The position numbers and the translations under genes were made by a program. A DNA stretch of 34,374 nucleotides from a virus (Duplodnaviria > Caudoviricetes), in the IMG/VR virus record IMGVR_UViG_3300017721_001436, positions 1 to 34,374 of that record, one strand, 5' to 3'. Below the pieces are notes generated by a model. The model worked only from the letters and a program-made list of their open reading frames with translations, was not told where the DNA came from and did no database searches. Below, in pieces: positions 27,625 through 34,374 of the stretch. Position 1 is the stretch's first letter. The number at the start of each line of letters is the position of its first letter.

Positions 27625-27846
27625 TTACTCATAGTCTTCTTCGTGGTCTTCAAATCCATTTTCAAAGCGAAATGATATTAATTGATCGGGAAGAACCCCG
27701 CCATTTTCGTCATACATTTCTGGGTGCAATCCTTCAGGCACATTAAATGATACCACATTCTCTCTTACTATCCATCCAAAAATAAATCCAGTAAGAAATG
27801 CTCCGATTAAAAGGAATGACCCTAAAACAAGTGAGACTGCTAACAT
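27625..27846 (-). CDS. Small membrane-anchored protein
   Basis: ATG 27846 after AGGA; hydrophobic LAVSLVLGSFLLIGAFLTGFIFGWIV, then HPEMYDENG and an acidic tail. Confidence 0.7.
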   Translation of the reverse strand: MLAVSLVLGSFLLIGAFLTGFIFGWIVRENVVSFNVPEGLHPEMYDENGGVLPDQLISFRFENGFEDHEEDYE

Positions 27847-27856
27847 GGTTCCTCTC

Positions 27857-28048
27857 CTATCTTTTCTTAATATCAAAAAAGAAATTTAATTTAAAAAATA
27901 TTTCTCTTTTGAAAAACCTAAATCTTTGATAAAGATTCAAGTCAAATAAATGCTTTGGTTTTTTGACTCCATTAAGAATTAAGTCTACACCTCTATTTAT
28001 AGGAAGTTTAGACGATTTTTTGCTCTCTGAGGAATTTGATTGTGTCAA
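27857..28048 (-). CDS. Small basic, Phe-rich hypothetical protein; start uncertain
   Basis: Fills the gap between glutaredoxin and the membrane protein; the only called start (TTG) overlaps glutaredoxin. Confidence 0.35.
   Translation of the reverse strand: MTQSNSSESKKSSKLPINRGVDLILNGVKKPKHLFDLNLYQRFRFFKREIFFKLNFFFDIKKR
27994..28001 (-). promoter_or_regulatory. Late promoter TATAAATA
   Basis: Exact T4 late consensus just downstream of the glutaredoxin stop. Confidence 0.65.
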
Positions 28049-28244
28049 CGCAGCCTCCTAATTTTTTGTCCTTACAAACCACTTGTGGGAAGGTCGATCC
28101 TTCGCCAAATTTGTCATAGAACTCTTGCCCTGTGAACTCTCGTTCAAGCAGATAAACAACGTGTTTCTGCTCACACAATTCTAGCACACTCTTGATCTTG
28201 TCGCAATATGGACAACCAGTTTTTGAATAGATAATAAAAGTCAT
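28008..28244 (-). CDS. nrdC: Glutaredoxin
   Basis: IYSKTGCPYC, TFPQV and LGG motifs. Confidence 0.92.
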   Translation of the reverse strand: MTFIIYSKTGCPYCDKIKSVLELCEQKHVVYLLEREFTGQEFYDKFGEGSTFPQVVCKDKKLGGCVDTIKFLREQKIV

Positions 28245-30130
28245 GATTTTGTGTCAAAGAAGAACATTTGCCATAATCTACAGTTTTCTTTAACTGTACC
28301 AAAGTATTCGGATGCGGAATGAATGCAACTTGCGTCAAATATAACAAGTCGATTATAGACATTACCAAGAACATCTACAGGTTCAAAGGGAGTTCCATCT
28401 AAATGTGGATCACCAGGACCTGTCCAAGAAACTCCCCATCCTTCATCATCCCGACTTCTAGCTCTGGTTTTTTTATGTGCGAATAAAGAAGTTCCACATT
28501 CAAATGGAGCATCTGGTGATAAGTATATCATACCTCCCCACATTTGATTGTCCATATGCCACACTCTGGGTTGACCAGCCCAGCAATACTGAAACCTACC
28601 ATTCATATCATATTCTTGCCATCCTGTAATCTTTCGACCCATTACCTCCTCAAATCTTTCTTTGAGACCTGGAAACAAAAACTGTTGAAGGGTTCTGTTG
28701 CCAATGTATCCGCGACCAATTCCACCAATATGATAATCTTGATCTAATGCAAATTTTCTTACAGAATCAGGGTCTTCATAAAAATTATCAACTATCCAAG
28801 TCGTAGATTTATAAGTTTTGCTAAATTCAAAATGTGATATTTCAGTTGACAATTCAAATGATACATTACAATAAGAAATTTTTTCAACTGACTCATCATC
28901 CCAAACATCAATTTTATAAATATCCGCATTCTTATTTGAATAGAATACTACAACATTCTTAGCATTTTTAAGATAAAGATCTCTGAATTCAATAAACTTC
29001 TTTCTGAATAATGGATTTTTATGGATATGGAATTCACCAGTCACTTTGCGAACATTATTCTTAATCCAGGAATAGTTTTCTTTAGTGAAAATATCCCACT
29101 CACCGCCTTCACAATCAGTCTTTAGGAAGTCAATTTTTTCTATACCTTTACTTTTCACATAGTCCATAAAGGTTGTTGTAGACACAAATTTTTCAGAGTC
29201 GTCATCATATGCATAAGTGGTTTCTAAAAATACTTCATCTCCTTTCTTTCCACCAATACCAATATTGTTCAAATGCAGATTATCAAATGACTTTAAATTT
29301 TTAGTCATGGCATCAAACAATACTTTGTTTGGCTCAAAGCAGTGTATTTCCTTAGGATTCTTATTCAATACTGTGAGAGGAAATAATCCAACACTTGCAC
29401 CAATATCAAAGACAACATCACCTTCTTCAACATCAAAGAATTTACTATAGATTCCACTGATTAATTCTGTCGCAATGTAATCCTTAGTTTCAGGATCTTT
29501 AGTAAGATTTCCCCATTCTATGCTGTTTGGGTTTGCATAAAAATTATCAATAACAGATCCAATATCAACTTTATGATACTCAATTAAGTGTTTTTTAACA
29601 ACATCCTTTTGAAATTCTGTCAATTCTCCCCAATGATCGTCATAAAGTTTAATTAAACCATCCTTACTTTCAGTAACCTTGCCCCAATACCATGAAGCTC
29701 TTGTTTTTTCAAACAAGAGACAATGCGTTCCAGTATATTCACTATTATGAATAAATTCTTTAGATTCAAAATCACATAGTTCAAATGCCTGAGAGCATAA
29801 AAAATATGCATTTTGATACTGACCATTAGTATTCTCAAAGTGAGCTAACTTATAATATGCTTCTGGTCTTTTTGGTAAGGTAGAAATAGCCTGTTTGTAC
29901 ATACAACGAACATGCTCAAGTCTATTTCCTTGCTTAAAGAAGCAATCACCAATATGAATTAAGCATTCATAAGCAAGATCAATATCTTCATCTTTACATC
30001 TATCTGCACACCTGAGAAAAAAACAAATAGCAGATGCTGTCTGACCAATTTTATAATACTCTAAACCAAGATCATAATTCTTTTGATAATTTTCAGGTTC
30101 AAAGATAAAATCATTTAATAAATTACTCAT
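28241..30130 (-). CDS. TPR + FkbM-family methyltransferase + 2OG-Fe(II) oxygenase-like fusion protein
   Basis: N-terminal TPR-like helices (PKRPEAYYKLA); VVFDIGASVG, HCFEP, IDFLKTDCEGGE (FkbM); IVDNFYEDP...HMD...YNRLVIFD...HSA...RLWQMFF (HxD...H). Confidence 0.75.
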   Translation of the reverse strand: MSNLLNDFIFEPENYQKNYDLGLEYYKIGQTASAICFFLRCADRCKDEDIDLAYECLIHIGDCFFKQGNRLEHVRCMYKQAISTLPKRPEAYYKLAHFENTNGQYQNAYFLCSQAFELCDFESKEFIHNSEYTGTHCLLFEKTRASWYWGKVTESKDGLIKLYDDHWGELTEFQKDVVKKHLIEYHKVDIGSVIDNFYANPNSIEWGNLTKDPETKDYIATELISGIYSKFFDVEEGDVVFDIGASVGLFPLTVLNKNPKEIHCFEPNKVLFDAMTKNLKSFDNLHLNNIGIGGKKGDEVFLETTYAYDDDSEKFVSTTTFMDYVKSKGIEKIDFLKTDCEGGEWDIFTKENYSWIKNNVRKVTGEFHIHKNPLFRKKFIEFRDLYLKNAKNVVVFYSNKNADIYKIDVWDDESVEKISYCNVSFELSTEISHFEFSKTYKSTTWIVDNFYEDPDSVRKFALDQDYHIGGIGRGYIGNRTLQQFLFPGLKERFEEVMGRKITGWQEYDMNGRFQYCWAGQPRVWHMDNQMWGGMIYLSPDAPFECGTSLFAHKKTRARSRDDEGWGVSWTGPGDPHLDGTPFEPVDVLGNVYNRLVIFDASCIHSASEYFGTVKENCRLWQMFFFDTKS

Positions 30131-31103
30131 TTATAAATTCCTCCAAAGTTGTCTCAGAAAGTCTCATAATATATGCAGCATTATCAGTAAGCCCAAAACT
30201 GATTAAAAAGTTTCCATCCTTTCTTGCCATTCCGCATGTAAATTCAATCCTTGCCCCCATAAAACTGAATATTTTAGACTGTTTAATTACATTCCAGTCT
30301 TTATCGTATACCGTAATCTGATGTTTATAATCTGCATCTTTCCTTCCTGCAGGTGTCTTATACAAATATGTAATATGTTGTATGGCTATGTAACCATCTT
30401 TATAAGGAACTACTTGTGATCCACCTCTTGCATTTTGAGTTACATCTTCTTTAAAATCTTTGATACAAACATCAACTGTAGTTTTATCTTCTGGATTGTA
30501 TTTTACAACCTGGACTGGATTTGACCATTTGATATAATGGAATGGTTTATCTAAGATTGGCATCCAGTTCTTTTCACAATACGTGTCATCCTTTCCTGGT
30601 GCGGGAATTCTTTGTCTTGAAACTTCTTTTAATGGTCTGGATGGATAATCAATTTCAGATAATTCCATCCTACCTTGACCATTTGTGGTAGTATCTCTCC
30701 TAACACCACAAATGTAATATCTTCCTTCCCACTTTACAAGTCTTGCGTCTTCTAGACCGACAAATGACCACTTAGGTTTTTTGTCAAGATCTTTCGTATC
30801 TATTTCATAAACACGTTTGATTTTTAAATTATCGTTTAATTCTGCCAGATAATTTTTTGTAGTAAGACTTATATCGTTCTCTGGATTTAAATATAGAAGA
30901 GGCCCCCATTGGTGCTCAAAGTTCCTCTTCTCAGAATGATATAATGTATACTGACAATGACGAATAATAGTCAGCACAGTACCATCATCATCAACAAAGA
31001 CCGATGGATTAAAGAGAGATGTTCCGTTCGTAAAATCAGATGGAATAATTAAAGGACTAACTATTCCACCATTTTCTAAGCAATATTGGGCAAGAGTTCT
31101 CAT
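30123..31103 (-). CDS. Five-bladed beta-propeller glycosidase/phosphorylase-like protein (GH130/GH43-like)
   Basis: FNPS, GLEDARL, EKNWMP, RGGS, IEFTCG and ISFG..D motifs; ATG 31103 preferred over TTG 31115. Confidence 0.65.
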   Translation of the reverse strand: MRTLAQYCLENGGIVSPLIIPSDFTNGTSLFNPSVFVDDDGTVLTIIRHCQYTLYHSEKRNFEHQWGPLLYLNPENDISLTTKNYLAELNDNLKIKRVYEIDTKDLDKKPKWSFVGLEDARLVKWEGRYYICGVRRDTTTNGQGRMELSEIDYPSRPLKEVSRQRIPAPGKDDTYCEKNWMPILDKPFHYIKWSNPVQVVKYNPEDKTTVDVCIKDFKEDVTQNARGGSQVVPYKDGYIAIQHITYLYKTPAGRKDADYKHQITVYDKDWNVIKQSKIFSFMGARIEFTCGMARKDGNFLISFGLTDNAAYIMRLSETTLEEFINE

Positions 31104-31151
31104 TAACGAAGTCAACCATATGATTCATTATATCATATGTATGTGGGGAAA

Positions 31152-34100
31152 TTATGCCTGAGATTCAGACCAAGATAGTCTGGAAGATACCTGATAAGAT
31201 ACGGTAGAGTCAATCTCAGAAGTATTAATAACCGTTGCACAAATCGTAATAATATCAGGTCCGTTGGGGAAAACACCATCTCCACCAAGGATAGAATTGC
31301 CCAGGTCAATTAGTTGAGAAAGATCAAACGCACTTGAAGAAGTTATATACTTTCCAGTGACACCATCTTTATTTCCACCAGAAGCTCTAAATCGATAGAT
31401 TACAGTACCATCTTCAACGGTATCGCCTTGAAGGTGTGCAACATACTGAGAAAGTGATGGAGTACCAACATTCAAATAACTAAGATTATTTACAGATGCA
31501 TTTAGTAGAACTGTAATCTCCGTATCATGTGTTACTGAAATACCAAGTTCTTGCAGTTTCAATTGCATTCGATTAATAATGTCTCTTTCACCCAATGCGC
31601 CAATAATATTATTATCAACTGAAGGTGCTAATCGAATACTAATCAGTGGAATTAAACTTGTCAAATCAACCGTACCAACGGCACCAGTTGATGGAGCACC
31701 AATACTTACTGCTACTCCACTTGCAACACTTGGATAAATTGCAGGGGCAAAATAACCACTAGAAATGTAAATGTATACATCAATGCCTCCAGAACTATAC
31801 TGGGTAAATTCAACAGCTTGTCCATTTAATGCGCCATCAGCTGTATAGAGTGGAATACCTGTTGTAAATTGAGATGCAGCACTCGATGGGAATGAAAGTT
31901 TCACATAGTAATTTTTATATCTTTTACCAACTGAGGTTAATGCACTAGGAAGATTTGTTGTTGCAGAGGAAGTATCACCGTTTGTAAACGTAAGTTGATT
32001 ACCAGAAGCAGTAAATAGATAACTGTCATCATTGTCAAATCCACCATCCATGATAACAGATGTTCCCCAGTGGAATAGAGATGGAATAAATGTTGGTGTT
32101 CCACCAGAGTTGAATGCCTCATATCTTGCTGGAACATTACCAGATCTCATATAAGCTTCATTCAATCTATTATTATGAATGAACTCATGCATATACTTCA
32201 CATGTCCATAAGTATCTTTAAATCCAAAACGAATCTTACCAGCACCATACCAAGAATAATCAAGATAAACCATCTGAATCTTATTAATATCTAAAATATA
32301 ACCAGAGGGTCCAGTTCCGTCTGCCTTATCAATATTCCAATTTGATTGTGATATTTTGAGATCAATTGTTTTAGTGGCAATAGCACCAGAAGCAGCAGTT
32401 CCTCTGTAATAAGGTTGAATATGAATTTCATCTTGAGATACAATACTGGTGACTTTATGAGACTGTCCCCGAATCACAATCATATCACCAGTAGACAATT
32501 GATCCTGGAATCTTGTATTTGTACCGACAATAATGTTTGATCCTTTATTTACATTACATACACCAGACAATTGTTGTACCGATGATCTTCTGACAGCATA
32601 TAAATCAGATCCGTTATATTCAAAGAAAAATCCATTTTGGAAATCAAATAATCCAGCACGAATACCAGCATTACTATATCCATTAATAGAATACTCAATA
32701 AAACCAGTTGGATTAGCTTCAGTTACACTACCGCTGGCAGTATATGTAAATGTAAAATCTGTGGCTGCTGTGACAGTATATGTTCCATTATATACAGAAT
32801 CACTTGCACCTGATACTTTAATACTATTGCTAGAAGTTAGACCATGTGGATATTCTGTTGTCATAACAACAGTTGTACCACTACCAGATGCTAATCTGAC
32901 TGGACGTGCTGGGTTGAAATTAATTGCCATGGAGCACTGAATGCCCTTACCAGACTGATATCGGAAATATTTACGTGTTTGGCGAACAACACTAGAATCT
33001 GGAGATTTCCCAGCACTAATTTCCACACCACCGTCAAAAGGTCTATGGACAAATTCACCATCAGCTCTAACATTTACTTTAGTTTGAGTGTAGTGCGGTA
33101 CGCCAGTAACACCAATTCCAGGTGCATTATCTAACGTTAGTGATGTATCACTAACAATAGAAACGATAGTTGAATCTCTAAATTCGTTTATTGTAGATCC
33201 TATTGATACGATAGAAAACTGATCTCCAACTTTGTAAGTGGATCTAAATTTAGTATTTGTTCCACTAACATTTACACTAGATTCTGATACCTCAACTGTT
33301 CCAATACCAGCAACTTTACCGCTTATAGAATATACTTTTAGATTGTAACTTCCAGATCCTGCTCCTGTTATGATATTATTATTTGCATCTGCATTCTCTG
33401 GACTATCAGCTAATCTAATATACTTATTATCATCAGTTATTACCCAATAAGTGTTACCATCAACCAATCCACCTGGAGCACTGCCATTAAGAACATTAAA
33501 AACAACTTTTTGACCATTCGCCAATGTATGATCTATATTGTTATTAAATCCAATATGGTATTCTTCATCCGTATGGTATAAGATATCACCATTGTCAAAT
33601 TCAAGTACTCTTGGAACAATTCGTATAGGTGTTGACATTTCAATTGCTGTAGATCCAATCCCAGTAATTGCATAATAATCATCTTGACCACCAATAACAC
33701 TTCCAATAGTTTTAATAATATATGGACTAGTACCATTTGATACACCATTAAAGTCAAAGATTCGTTTCTGACTATCTCTCAACTGAATTCTATTACCATT
33801 ATAAAATACAGCTTCAACAGTATTGACACCAGTTGGATTGCTAAATGTTGCAAACGTTAATCTATTAGCAACTGCTGTGACAATATTACTTGCGATTTGT
33901 GCTCCACTTATAACAGTACCAGTAGTTTGATTGATCTCCGTATTGCTCATACCGTGATTGGTATGGAAAGTTAGTAATATACATTGACCAATTCGTTGAG
34001 CATAGAAATCGGGAATATTATTACCATAATAAAAACCACCTGGAGAACCAGAATATTCTTGAGTAAATGAGGTGTTGTATAAAGTAATATCTACCGTTAT

Positions 34101-34374
34101 TGATCCCCAAAAATTTAGGCTGCCATAATTAACCTGAATGCTGCGGTTATAAAACCATCCATCACCATGATTTACCACGACATTGCGGGTGCTGTTTCCC
34201 CCAGGAGCTCCATAATGCTGCCTTCTTGCACCACCACCACCAGATCTAGTAATTATATAGTAGGATGAGTCGGACGCGACGGTTGAGACGGGCGCATCAA
34301 AAGTTTGTACTGTGAATATAAAATCAGTAAATGCGTTATTTATATATGGGGTACTTTGATAACGTATATGACCA
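31152..34374 (-). CDS. Large virion structural protein, 5' end cut off by the window edge
   Basis: The frame is open from the called GTG (34178) to the window end (checked codon by codon); VRQTRKYFRYQSGKG, WYGAGKIRFG and PLISIRLAPSVD motifs typical of cyanophage structural proteins. Confidence 0.8.
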   Translation of the reverse strand, partial: GHIRYQSTPYINNAFTDFIFTVQTFDAPVSTVASDSSYYIITRSGGGGARRQHYGAPGGNSTRNVVVNHGDGWFYNRSIQVNYGSLNFWGSITVDITLYNTSFTQEYSGSPGGFYYGNNIPDFYAQRIGQCILLTFHTNHGMSNTEINQTTGTVISGAQIASNIVTAVANRLTFATFSNPTGVNTVEAVFYNGNRIQLRDSQKRIFDFNGVSNGTSPYIIKTIGSVIGGQDDYYAITGIGSTAIEMSTPIRIVPRVLEFDNGDILYHTDEEYHIGFNNNIDHTLANGQKVVFNVLNGSAPGGLVDGNTYWVITDDNKYIRLADSPENADANNNIITGAGSGSYNLKVYSISGKVAGIGTVEVSESSVNVSGTNTKFRSTYKVGDQFSIVSIGSTINEFRDSTIVSIVSDTSLTLDNAPGIGVTGVPHYTQTKVNVRADGEFVHRPFDGGVEISAGKSPDSSVVRQTRKYFRYQSGKGIQCSMAINFNPARPVRLASGSGTTVVMTTEYPHGLTSSNSIKVSGASDSVYNGTYTVTAATDFTFTYTASGSVTEANPTGFIEYSINGYSNAGIRAGLFDFQNGFFFEYNGSDLYAVRRSSVQQLSGVCNVNKGSNIIVGTNTRFQDQLSTGDMIVIRGQSHKVTSIVSQDEIHIQPYYRGTAASGAIATKTIDLKISQSNWNIDKADGTGPSGYILDINKIQMVYLDYSWYGAGKIRFGFKDTYGHVKYMHEFIHNNRLNEAYMRSGNVPARYEAFNSGGTPTFIPSLFHWGTSVIMDGGFDNDDSYLFTASGNQLTFTNGDTSSATTNLPSALTSVGKRYKNYYVKLSFPSSAASQFTTGIPLYTADGALNGQAVEFTQYSSGGIDVYIYISSGYFAPAIYPSVASGVAVSIGAPSTGAVGTVDLTSLIPLISIRLAPSVDNNIIGALGERDIINRMQLKLQELGISVTHDTEITVLLNASVNNLSYLNVGTPSLSQYVAHLQGDTVEDGTVIYRFRASGGNKDGVTGKYITSSSAFDLSQLIDLGNSILGGDGVFPNGPDIITICATVINTSEIDSTVSYQVSSRLSWSESQA

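Noticed and set aside
28008-28030. A-run at the end of glutaredoxin as a frameshift into the next ORF
   Set aside because: The next ORF is in the +1 frame and there is no in-frame X XXY YYZ heptamer.
34337-34344. TATAAATA as promoter for a gene starting at 34178
   Set aside because: The frame stays open to the window edge, so the motif lies within coding sequence and the GTG start is probably an artefact.
1-34374. Introns, inteins, homing endonucleases, reverse transcriptase/DGR
   Set aside because: thyX, phoH and gp32 are uninterrupted and of normal length; no HNH, GIY-YIG, LAGLIDADG or RT motifs recognised.

Overview
AT-rich 34.4 kb fragment of a T4-like marine cyanophage (cyanomyovirus) genome, almost all on the minus strand. 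In transcription order (right to left) it holds: a large virion structural protein cut by the right window edge; a beta-propeller glycosidase-like gene and a TPR/FkbM-methyltransferase/2OG-oxygenase fusion; the core block glutaredoxin, small hypotheticals, thyX, phoH, exonuclease, gp33, gp32; a plus-strand block gp4-gp2-gp48-gp53; the tail/baseplate-hub operon (tube-like protein, gp26, an uncalled gp51-like ORF, two tape-measure-like paralogs, hub protein, cp12, gp5 and partners); an early unit with a tRNA(CAT) and a decayed tRNA remnant; two large fibre-like proteins; and a sigma70-driven transglutaminase-like gene. Best leads: (1) a probable programmed -1 frameshift (U UUU UUC plus 3' hairpin) fusing gp26 to the ATG-less gp51-like ORF, in lambda G/GT-like synteny; (2) a tail-collar fibre tip with 17 regularly spaced His-x-His metal-binding motifs. 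All family assignments come from motif recognition and synteny, not database searches.
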